A DNA stretch of 64,000 nucleotides from Patescibacteria group bacterium. GTDB taxonomy: Bacteria > Patescibacteriota > WWE3 > UBA101185 > UBA10185. The stretch lies in assembly GCA_016926555.1 (NCBI GenBank), contig JAFGOI010000008.1, forward strand, positions 91,316 through 155,315, in the 5' to 3' direction. Each line of letters begins with the position of its first letter. The first letter of the stretch is position 1. Both the position numbers and the translations under genes were made by a program. Positions 8,668 through 16,878 of the stretch are shown here, one piece after another. The notes beneath the pieces are model-generated. The model searched no databases. It worked only from the letters and a program-made list of their open reading frames with translations, and was not told the DNA's origin.

Positions 8668-11094
8668 TTAAAACGCCCCCTCCGTATCAAATTGAAGATC
8701 AAAAACCCGCAACCCCGTTAAGTGAACATTACAATAATCTGAATCTCTTTCCATCTTAGTAAAGTTTGGTATAAATGACGGATTGTATTTAACTGATTCT
8801 GCAGGATACATGTCATTTTCAACTCCTAAATCCCTAGTAAATAATATTTTCTTTGCAACTAACGGTCCTGTTAATAAGACTGGATAATCCGGCGGGGTAG
8901 GGTAGTTCTCTATCCTTATTTCCCCACTTGTGAGAAACCCTGCTTCCACATTTGAATCAGCTTGCAAATAATACCCATCTTGTGATCCATAAGACGTATA
9001 GCCTACATTAGGGTATACATGTACATTTGTGTCAGTAACAATAAACAAACATCCCGAATTCGTGCTGGGAATACGCATAATGTCGTCACGCACCTCTAAA
9101 TCCGATCCGTTGCCCTCAACATATATAACAGCATCTCCATTGACCAAATTATACTTTACAGGCCCTAAGTTAAAATCATCATTAAAATCCTGACTATTCA
9201 TTTTATGTACACCGCCAGCAATTACCTCACTAATATCAGATATCGCTCTTACATAGGCATGAGAAGGAGCAGAGAATGAAAACCTCGAATTATACCAATT
9301 CGAAATCATACCTGTATTTTCCGCGTAACCGCAATTATCAGCATTAGAAGGACACGCGCTGGTATCCGTATAATTTTCGGCATATGAATGAGCAAACGCA
9401 TCGCTAATACCATTGCCAGGATCCGAAAATTGCATTAATGAGCCATAAAATCCACCTCCCAACTCCTGCCCAGAAGAAACAACCTGTATATCGATCTCTT
9501 TAGAATACACATCACCATCTATAGAGGTATACCAAGGAGATACCTGTTCTTTAAATAGATCAACTAAAACTGGCACTCTCCCACACGAAATCGGAGTTAC
9601 ATTAATCTGCGTGGAAACACCTCCGCCAATAAACTCGTCTTCAACGCAATTAATTCGAAATAATGAGGTGCCCGGCGAATAAAATGTACTTACATTAAAT
9701 GTGTTAGAAGATGAGATTATATTATCAAATCCAACATGCCCGTTTTCAACACCATCCGAATCATCAGATGACCCATCAACTATAGTTCTAGAAGCACCCC
9801 CATCCGCATCCTGAACAGTAATAGAAACACCTCTGGCCTCTCCATTATCACTTGCACAATCCCCATAGTCGGATTCATTAACATAAAACTCTAGCATATA
9901 GTCGTAAATAACATTTATAAGACGTTCGTGCACACAAACTGTCGTATCATATCCATCTGATATATCCACTCTCACGTCACATAATTCACTATTATCTGGT
10001 TGAGAATGCACGGGGGGTAACCATACTACTGAAGGATCCGATCCTAAAACTACATTGCCATTCGGAAAACTTCCGTTGCATCCCAATGATGGATCACTAC
10101 AAGATTCACAGCTAACACTCCATGTATAAGTCATATTCCCAACACTACTCACATTCATACCATCGGCGTTGTTAATAGATAATACTATATTGCCGTCACA
10201 CATATTTACATCAATCTTATATCGGGAATCCCCCGGTTCCCACCAAGCGGTTTCATCACCGACTACAAAATCACCACAACTAGGCGGACAATTGATTATC
10301 ACAGGAACAGATAAACATAAATCAGTGGTAGTTACACCACTATCCTCTAAATATACCGCAGTTCCGATTTCACACACTTTCCCACAAGCACTCCCTTCCG
10401 GAGCAGTCCAAAAAAACGGATTAGAATTTCCACTTATACTCCCACACGAGGCTGTATGCTCATATTTAAAGGAGGGTGGGGGAGTAGGACCTTCTATATT
10501 TGAATATAACTCATATGTCCGCCCTGCAGCAGCTCTAAAAGTTCCTGAAGAATCCGCATTGGGAAATACAATATTTGAGCAATCGTAGACATCTATCTCA
10601 AACAAATCGGCGGTATCCTTTTTACCATCTGATGAGGAAAATGAAATCTGTCGGGTTCCGAAACCAATCGAATTATAAATCGCGCCGGTACAGTCAGCAC
10701 CAGAAAATCCTCCCTTATCAGAATCATCACCCCAATAGCATGATAAAGTGTCGCCATCTGGGTCCGAAGAAGAAGAATTTAAACGAACTGAAGAGTTTGA
10801 CATTATCTTTGCGGGACCGGAGTCTATTGAGCTCGCCGGAGCTTTATTTGGCTTAGTACAACTACCCTCGCAACTACAGACTTTTAAATCCCAGGTACTT
10901 TTAACGCAACTCCAATCTTTATTTCCGCCACTTCCATCACAATCATCATTATGACACACCCAACAACTTCCATCGTCAAAACAACCCCACTGATTGTACT
11001 CAAAACATTCACACTCAACCGCATAAGACAACCCAGAAACCACTAATAGAAGTGAAATAATCACTATCAATGTGGGCAGCTTTTTAAATTTCAC
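8668..11094 (-). CDS. Large secreted Cys-rich protein, candidate pilus-associated adhesin (PilY1-like position; cassette copy 1)
   Basis: 808 aa. Signal peptide MKFKKLPTLIVIISLLLVVSGLSYA, Cys-rich N-terminus, DPDGD/DSDG acidic motifs and conserved blocks (PPVHSQPDNSELCDV; TIVDGSSDDSDGVENG; FSD...DAFAH) shared with the 12660..15221 product. Flanked by PilX-like and small membrane protein genes. Confidence 0.5.
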   Translation of the reverse strand: MKFKKLPTLIVIISLLLVVSGLSYAVECECFEYNQWGCFDDGSCWVCHNDDCDGSGGNKDWSCVKSTWDLKVCSCEGSCTKPNKAPASSIDSGPAKIMSNSSVRLNSSSSDPDGDTLSCYWGDDSDKGGFSGADCTGAIYNSIGFGTRQISFSSSDGKKDTADLFEIDVYDCSNIVFPNADSSGTFRAAAGRTYELYSNIEGPTPPPSFKYEHTASCGSISGNSNPFFWTAPEGSACGKVCEIGTAVYLEDSGVTTTDLCLSVPVIINCPPSCGDFVVGDETAWWEPGDSRYKIDVNMCDGNIVLSINNADGMNVSSVGNMTYTWSVSCESCSDPSLGCNGSFPNGNVVLGSDPSVVWLPPVHSQPDNSELCDVRVDISDGYDTTVCVHERLINVIYDYMLEFYVNESDYGDCASDNGEARGVSITVQDADGGASRTIVDGSSDDSDGVENGHVGFDNIISSSNTFNVSTFYSPGTSLFRINCVEDEFIGGGVSTQINVTPISCGRVPVLVDLFKEQVSPWYTSIDGDVYSKEIDIQVVSSGQELGGGFYGSLMQFSDPGNGISDAFAHSYAENYTDTSACPSNADNCGYAENTGMISNWYNSRFSFSAPSHAYVRAISDISEVIAGGVHKMNSQDFNDDFNLGPVKYNLVNGDAVIYVEGNGSDLEVRDDIMRIPSTNSGCLFIVTDTNVHVYPNVGYTSYGSQDGYYLQADSNVEAGFLTSGEIRIENYPTPPDYPVLLTGPLVAKKILFTRDLGVENDMYPAESVKYNPSFIPNFTKMERDSDYCNVHLTGLRVFDLQFDTEGAF

Positions 11095-11682
11095 TTACAA
11101 AGGTTCTCCATAACAAGTTAGCTTTACTAATCCATTATCAGTCTTATCAACCGATATTTCAATATAATCCCCCGGATCAAGTATTTCTAGTATTTGGGGC
11201 GCACTAAAAAATTCCAGAAGATTAAAGGAATTTAAAGCAGTACCATTTTCCTTTTGTAATCGTCTCACCTCTAAAAACTCAAAATCAAACGATCTTATAA
11301 AAACATACGAGCCATCTTTTAAAATTACCTTCCCGCTACTTACATCTATCTCTTGTATATATCCATCATAAATTTTTTTATCGGAACTGCGCAACTTCCC
11401 GGGGCCAGTAAAAGGTTTGTATTCAGACAAGCACTCATCCAAATAGTATTTTGAGGGTCTAACTAACCATCCATCCTTCTTTTCTTCGGGCTCAAATTCA
11501 AATGAGTCCTCGTCTAAAGCAGAGACACTTTCGTGCACAGAATCGGGATAAATGCCTTCCACTAGTTCCAGCTCCTCTTCATCTTCTTTTAACAAATCCG
11601 GAAGGTATATATAGACCAAAGTGCCTAGAACAAAAAAACAAGAAATAACCATAAAAAAACCGGGCAGTGATTTTGTGTCCAT
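11095..11682 (-). CDS. Small N-terminally membrane-anchored protein (cassette copy 1), function unknown
   Basis: 195 aa. Single N-terminal hydrophobic segment FFMVISCFFVLGTLVYIYL. Positional and weak sequence paralog of the 15311..15907 product. Confidence 0.5.
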   Translation of the reverse strand: MDTKSLPGFFMVISCFFVLGTLVYIYLPDLLKEDEEELELVEGIYPDSVHESVSALDEDSFEFEPEEKKDGWLVRPSKYYLDECLSEYKPFTGPGKLRSSDKKIYDGYIQEIDVSSGKVILKDGSYVFIRSFDFEFLEVRRLQKENGTALNSFNLLEFFSAPQILEILDPGDYIEISVDKTDNGLVKLTCYGEPL

Positions 11683-11693
11683 ATATTGTACTC

Positions 11694-11726
11694 AGTATGA
11701 ATTCCTAAAAAATCGCTGTCAAGAAA
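11694..11726 (-). promoter_or_regulatory. Conserved promoter-like element, copy 3
   Basis: agtatgaa-N16-gtcaagaaaaa. Gene-sense TTTTTCTTGACA-N17-TTCATACT, 11 nt upstream of the ATG at 11682. Confidence 0.55.
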
Positions 11727-11748
11727 AATTTCCGCACGACAAGGATAG

Positions 11749-12657
11749 CTAGAAGGAACCATTCGTGAATATCGCGTAATCAAAAACATCGGGTAAATAT
11801 GGGTACGATCTATATACTGTAACCACTTTAACTGTTTTTTCCTCTGATTCCTCACTAAGCTCCCCCACAGACACTATTCTGTAACCCTGGGAAGTAAGGG
11901 ATCGCGAAGGACTTGGATACAACCCAAAAGTCGCATGATCATATAATGCCCTTAGTCTTAAACCGTAATACTGATTATTTTGTAGTTCCGCCAACGGGAT
12001 TGTCGCACACCATGTATATCCATCCCTGGAAACACTGCTTGCCTGTTCAAAACCCCGCATGGAGTCTAGCGGGTCAACAAACGCCCGCGGGTAGAATCCA
12101 CCCCTTGTTATATTACCTCTAGTGTCATAAGCAACATAATAAATAGCTGTGTTATCGTTATCCCAGCAAACATCAATCTCATTATTCCCATATGTATGTG
12201 TGCCATCGGTCAAAGGCAGTTCTTTCATCTGACCCGCATTCAACACAAACCTATAATGATTTTCATCATCAACGGCGGAATTATAGTCAAATTCCTCAAC
12301 AGTTACTATAGCTCTTGTTGCTATCTTATCATCTCCCTGAGGAGGAAAGTTCACAACACAACCTTCAATTCCCTCTACATATTCCATATTAGCATCATCG
12401 CAATATTGTTCATAACGATCCGCATCTGTAGTATCGGCAAAAGACCTTAGGCGACAGTCGTTTATAACCAGAAATCTTTCGGCGCCGCCTTCAACTGCCG
12501 CTATAAGTCTGGAAGCAGTGTCCGTACGAGATACCCTCGAAGACATGGATAATGTCCTTGTGGATATAGAAACTCCAACCGCCAATGCCACAGTAACCGC
12601 CACAACTACAGAAAGCAGTACTTGGCCTTTTTGTTTTTTAATAAACCTAATCATCAC
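11749..12657 (-). CDS. PilX-like protein (cassette copy 2)
   Basis: QKGQVLLSVVVAVTVALAVGVSISTRTLSMSSRVSRTDTASRLIAAVEGGAERF. Also shares RGFEQAS...DGYTWCATIPLAEL with the 7762..8667 product. Confidence 0.5.
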   Translation of the reverse strand: MMIRFIKKQKGQVLLSVVVAVTVALAVGVSISTRTLSMSSRVSRTDTASRLIAAVEGGAERFLVINDCRLRSFADTTDADRYEQYCDDANMEYVEGIEGCVVNFPPQGDDKIATRAIVTVEEFDYNSAVDDENHYRFVLNAGQMKELPLTDGTHTYGNNEIDVCWDNDNTAIYYVAYDTRGNITRGGFYPRAFVDPLDSMRGFEQASSVSRDGYTWCATIPLAELQNNQYYGLRLRALYDHATFGLYPSPSRSLTSQGYRIVSVGELSEESEEKTVKVVTVYRSYPYLPDVFDYAIFTNGSF

Positions 12658-12659
12658 AT

Positions 12660-15221
12660 TTAGTCTCCGTATGTAAATTGAACATCAAACATCCCAAGAC
12701 CAGTAAAATCTATATCACAGTAAGTTGGGTCTCTCTCTTCTCTTGTTAGATAGTAGAGAAAATCAGTACTATACTTTGTCGCCACCGCAGGATACATATC
12801 ATTGTCTAACACAAGATTACGATTGAAAGTAATGTTCTCAGCGACTAGCGGTCCTTGGAGAAGAAGAGGTATATCCGGCGGAGTCGCGGCACCTTCTATG
12901 TTAATAGTTCCGCTTGTAATTATACCTGCCTCAATATTAGGTCTCGCTTGAAGATTATACCCGCCAACACCGTAGGTAGCGTACCCAACCGATGCGTCAA
13001 TATTGACATCCGCGTCAGTTATAATCAACAAGTCATCGCTGTAAGTACTACTGTTCATATATCTGTGAATTGGCAAAGAAATATCAAGAGTAGAACCGCC
13101 ACTAGGTACGTACAAAATGCCAGCTTCTCTACGTCTGACTATAGTCGGCACATATCCAAGAGAACCCCATCTTGTAAACTCGGAGTTGAATCTTGAGGCA
13201 GTCATCGTGTTCACAACACTCCTATCATCAGACCAATCCCAGTTAACCTCATACAAATAACTCACAGTATTTACTTCAGAATGTGTCGGGGGCTGAAATG
13301 TATATACATTATCAAACCATTCGGATCTCATTGAAGTGTTTTTCGCAAAACCGCAGTGGTCAGCCTCGGGAGAGCACATCGCGGTATCTACAGCATTCTC
13401 ACTAAGAGTATGTGCGAACGCATCGTCAACGTGACTTGAAACATCTGAGAACTGCAATAACGAACCTACAAAACCATCTCCCAACTCCTCACCCGCACAC
13501 ACTACATCAGTATCCAAAGAATTTGCGTACACATCCCCATCAATGGCTATCTCCCATGAATTGAGCTCTTCCTCAAACAACTCAATATCCAAAGGTATAA
13601 CACCACAACCGCTTGGAGTTACACTTATCTGGGCAGACACACCGCCCCCTACAACTTCTCCCGGCACACAATTAAGATGCCATCGCGCACATTCAGGAGA
13701 GTAAAACACATCAACATTAAATGTATGAGATGATGACCGGATAGCGTCAAAAAGAATCTTACCATTTTCTGTTCCATCGGAATCACTCCCAGAACCATCA
13801 ACAATTGTATAAACCCTAGAATTACTAACATCCCTATACGTTATAGAAACACCATCCGCAGTACCTTGGTGATCATCACAATCCTCATATGGTGTCTCAA
13901 ACACATTGAACTCAAGCTGATATGTATATGTAATATTAACAAAATCGGTATAAACTTCTGAGTTGCTTTCAAACCCATCAAAAACCGTAACAACTACATC
14001 GCATTTTTCGGAATTATCAGACTGAGAATGAACAGGAGCCCTCCATAATATCTCTGCATTAGGCATGGTACTGACATTGCCGCTGGGAAAAGTCCCATTA
14101 TCACCCGAGTCACAATATACATTCCACGTATAGACCAGATGCTCGGTATCTCCCGGGTCAGGATCATCAGCTCCATACCCTGGACGGGTCATACTTTGCA
14201 TCGTAAATACCTCGTCGCCATCACAAGCATTAACATCATGTGTAAATATACTAAATGGAAAATAGTTTTGGCCATTAACATACGGCCATCCAAGAACAGG
14301 GAGCCTATTTATTAAAACATCCGCTCGTTGACACCAATTTGTCGTATTATTAACATGCGCCCTTGATCTCACCCTGCATGTTTCACCTCTATGAGTCTCA
14401 TCCGGAGAAGTCCAAACAAACGGACTGACATCCCGGCCACCTATTATCCCGCATGTTGAATCATCCGGCGCTAGGGCATCATTTGTATAAGTAAATGTAG
14501 GCGGATTCGGGGGACCCTCTATTGTTGTGTTGACAATATAGTTGTGCGTTCCAGTTTCGGGGGATTGAGGAACCGCTCTTGGTTTTCCAAGCCAGTCAAA
14601 AGCTTTATAACCTGAAACATCTGAGGTTGGCCAATCAACACTTTCACAATCATAAACATCTATTGTATAGGGACACTCAGCTGTTTTTCCCCCTCGGCTT
14701 TCAGCATGATTTATAATACTCACATTCCCATGATTCTGCGTAGTATGGTTATAAACCGCGGAGTTGCAATCCGCGCCCGTACTAAAATCCCCATTATCCG
14801 GATCATCTCTCCATGTACATGTTACAGTATCACCATCTGAATCTGAGGCAGAAGATGTATACGTAATACCAGATGAATTCGCCATTATATCCTGGACACC
14901 CACCGGAGTAGTACAGGTTGGAGGATGGTTCGTGGGCGGACTTCCTTTACTACAAGGGCAATGGCAATGGCAGGGAGGGTTGGGCGCTGCACATGTTGTT
15001 GGCTCATTAACAAGAATTCCTGTTGAACTACAACACCAACATTCGTCACCAGGGCAATCAGCACCGCAGTCGCAACTATAACATGTCTGACCTTCCCCGG
15101 GGCACGAATCACTTTTACTCATACAACTCGCGGCATATACATCTTCATTTAGACCAATATATAAAGTAGCAAAGAGGGACAAAAACAAAATTTTAAATAC
15201 AAAAGGCAGATTCTTTTTCAT
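12660..15221 (-). CDS. Large secreted Cys-rich protein, candidate adhesin (cassette copy 2)
   Basis: 853 aa. Signal peptide, then Cys/His-rich N-terminus (CHCHCPCS) and blocks shared with the 8668..11094 product across its full length. Confidence 0.5.
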   Translation of the reverse strand: MKKNLPFVFKILFLSLFATLYIGLNEDVYAASCMSKSDSCPGEGQTCYSCDCGADCPGDECWCCSSTGILVNEPTTCAAPNPPCHCHCPCSKGSPPTNHPPTCTTPVGVQDIMANSSGITYTSSASDSDGDTVTCTWRDDPDNGDFSTGADCNSAVYNHTTQNHGNVSIINHAESRGGKTAECPYTIDVYDCESVDWPTSDVSGYKAFDWLGKPRAVPQSPETGTHNYIVNTTIEGPPNPPTFTYTNDALAPDDSTCGIIGGRDVSPFVWTSPDETHRGETCRVRSRAHVNNTTNWCQRADVLINRLPVLGWPYVNGQNYFPFSIFTHDVNACDGDEVFTMQSMTRPGYGADDPDPGDTEHLVYTWNVYCDSGDNGTFPSGNVSTMPNAEILWRAPVHSQSDNSEKCDVVVTVFDGFESNSEVYTDFVNITYTYQLEFNVFETPYEDCDDHQGTADGVSITYRDVSNSRVYTIVDGSGSDSDGTENGKILFDAIRSSSHTFNVDVFYSPECARWHLNCVPGEVVGGGVSAQISVTPSGCGVIPLDIELFEEELNSWEIAIDGDVYANSLDTDVVCAGEELGDGFVGSLLQFSDVSSHVDDAFAHTLSENAVDTAMCSPEADHCGFAKNTSMRSEWFDNVYTFQPPTHSEVNTVSYLYEVNWDWSDDRSVVNTMTASRFNSEFTRWGSLGYVPTIVRRREAGILYVPSGGSTLDISLPIHRYMNSSTYSDDLLIITDADVNIDASVGYATYGVGGYNLQARPNIEAGIITSGTINIEGAATPPDIPLLLQGPLVAENITFNRNLVLDNDMYPAVATKYSTDFLYYLTREERDPTYCDIDFTGLGMFDVQFTYGD

Positions 15222-15243
15222 CTTACTAACACCTTAGCACTTA

Positions 15244-15276
15244 GTATGAATGGCCAACTCTTTACTGTCAAGAAAA
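15244..15276 (-). promoter_or_regulatory. Conserved promoter-like element, copy 4
   Basis: Gene-sense TTTTTTCTTGACAGTAAAGAGTTGGCCATTCATACT, followed by AAGGTG (SD-like) and the ATG at 15221. Confidence 0.55.
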
Positions 15277-15310
15277 AATATTAGGAAAAATTGCACAGCA
15301 CGATTCAAAT

Positions 15311-15907
15311 TTATCTCTCGTCACAATAAACATCCATCCTGACATATCCATCAGAATCGAGCACAAATGTAGCAAAATCGCCGGAATTTATATAGTTTAG
15401 AAAAGCAGGGGATTCCTCCTCCAATTTTAGAGTATACACATTTGTTTCGAGACTTTCAGTTGTTTGAACAAGATAAACCAACAAATCAGCGACAAAGACC
15501 TCCTCACCATTCTTTAGCACAAGTGACCCATTATCTACATTTACCGACTCTATAAAAGAATGCAAACGATCTCCCACCCGTGCATAACCCACTTCCGGCA
15601 TTTCACCCGGTTTATAGTCCGACACACATTTATCTATATCTTCTCCGCTCAACTGATTACCGGACCCATCCCGAGCTGTATAGGAAATATAATCAGAGAA
15701 CGCGGACTTACTCGGATCCGACGACAAATCTCCACTTTGATCTTTATCAATCAGGTCAGATTTTGTGTCTGCAGGAATGTCAGAGGACCCGCTGTCTTTC
15801 AAAACAGGTCTTCTAACATTAACACCTTTTGTGACAAAATAAACTGCAAGTAGAATCACACACAAAACCGAGGCTATAATAACAAAAGGTAGAAACTTTT
15901 TATTCAT
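15311..15907 (-). CDS. Small N-terminally membrane-anchored protein (cassette copy 2); start moved to Met of MNKKFLPFVII
   Basis: The promoter-like copy 5 overlaps the upstream part of the track ORF, so the true start is most likely 15907. Hydrophobic segment FVIIASVLCVILLAVYFV. Confidence 0.5.
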   Translation of the reverse strand: MNKKFLPFVIIASVLCVILLAVYFVTKGVNVRRPVLKDSGSSDIPADTKSDLIDKDQSGDLSSDPSKSAFSDYISYTARDGSGNQLSGEDIDKCVSDYKPGEMPEVGYARVGDRLHSFIESVNVDNGSLVLKNGEEVFVADLLVYLVQTTESLETNVYTLKLEEESPAFLNYINSGDFATFVLDSDGYVRMDVYCDER

Positions 15908-15926
15908 ACACTTATATCTAGCTTTT

Positions 15927-15959
15927 AGTATGAACGGAGTAGTATTTGTTGTCAAGATA
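15927..15959 (-). promoter_or_regulatory. Conserved promoter-like element, copy 5
   Basis: Gene-sense TTATCTTGACAACAAATACTACTCCGTTCATACT, 19 nt upstream of the ATG at 15907. Confidence 0.55.
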
Positions 15960-15978
15960 AAACCAAAAAGTATAGTAA

Positions 15979-16407
15979 TTAACCGACAAATGATTTTATT
16001 TCGTCCAGAATTTTATCAGGAGTGATCTCGGATTTAATAAGATAACCAGACGCACCCAATTTGAAAGCTTCATCAATAATATGTTCGCTGTTAAGATTGG
16101 TGAGAACAATAACTGGCCCTTTCTTAATATCCTTCGTATCTTTAATCTCTTTTAGAATTCTAATTCCGTCTTTAACAGGCAGGATCACATCAAGTAGCAG
16201 GAGATCCCATACCTCATTTTGAATCATTTCAAGACCAATGTTGCCATCCGAAGCCTGTAGTACTTCGTAACCTGCATCCATCAATATCTCAGCATAAAGT
16301 AAGCGTATATCGTGCTCATCCTCAACTATAAGAATAGTCTTCTTCGGCGGATTAAGTGTCACCATACTAGTTATAATAGTAACACATTTAGTAGGGGAGT
16401 TTGTCAA
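15979..16407 (-). CDS. Single-domain response regulator (CheY-like receiver only)
   Basis: ILIVEDEHDIRLLYAEIL...LLLLDVILP...LTNL...GYLIKS. 142 aa, no output domain. Confidence 0.85.
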   Translation of the reverse strand: MTNSPTKCVTIITSMVTLNPPKKTILIVEDEHDIRLLYAEILMDAGYEVLQASDGNIGLEMIQNEVWDLLLLDVILPVKDGIRILKEIKDTKDIKKGPVIVLTNLNSEHIIDEAFKLGASGYLIKSEITPDKILDEIKSFVG

Positions 16408-16421
16408 TAGTATCTTTTGTA

Positions 16422-16811
16422 CTACTTTAAAACCCGTTTCACTTCGTTTAAGATCTTATCCGGAGTAATATCCGATTTTACGATGTATCCGGTTGCACCT
16501 AGCTTATACGCCTCATCTGGCACGTGATCACTCTTGAGATTGGTGAGCAGAATTATGGGACCTTTTTGTAAGCATTCCGAATCCCTAAGATCCTTCAGTA
16601 TCGCCATCCCATCTTTCTCGGGTAATATTACATCCAATAACAGAACGTCCCAGTTTTCGTTTTGGATTTTCTCTTTTCCCTCATTTCCATTTACTGCCTG
16701 GATTACGATGTAACCTGCATCAGTTAGGATTTCTGCGTAGAGTAGGCGAATGTCTTTTTCGTCTTCTACAAGAAGTATTGCACGCTTTTTATTATCCTTG
16801 GATCCGATCAT
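16422..16811 (-). CDS. Single-domain response regulator (CheY-like), tandem paralog
   Basis: ILLVEDEKDIRLLYAEILTDAGY...LLLDVILPEKDG...LTNL...GYIVKS. 129 aa. Confidence 0.85.
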   Translation of the reverse strand: MIGSKDNKKRAILLVEDEKDIRLLYAEILTDAGYIVIQAVNGNEGKEKIQNENWDVLLLDVILPEKDGMAILKDLRDSECLQKGPIILLTNLKSDHVPDEAYKLGATGYIVKSDITPDKILNEVKRVLK

Positions 16812-16878
16812 ATATGTTCAATTTTACAAATTCAAATAAATATAGCATCTTCAGTAAGTATACTCATCATATATTGGC

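Noticed and set aside
10169-15112. Several 60-139-aa ORFs on the plus strand inside the large adhesin genes
   Set aside because: All are embedded antisense in long, well-supported minus-strand ORFs with paralog conservation. They are treated as frame artefacts.
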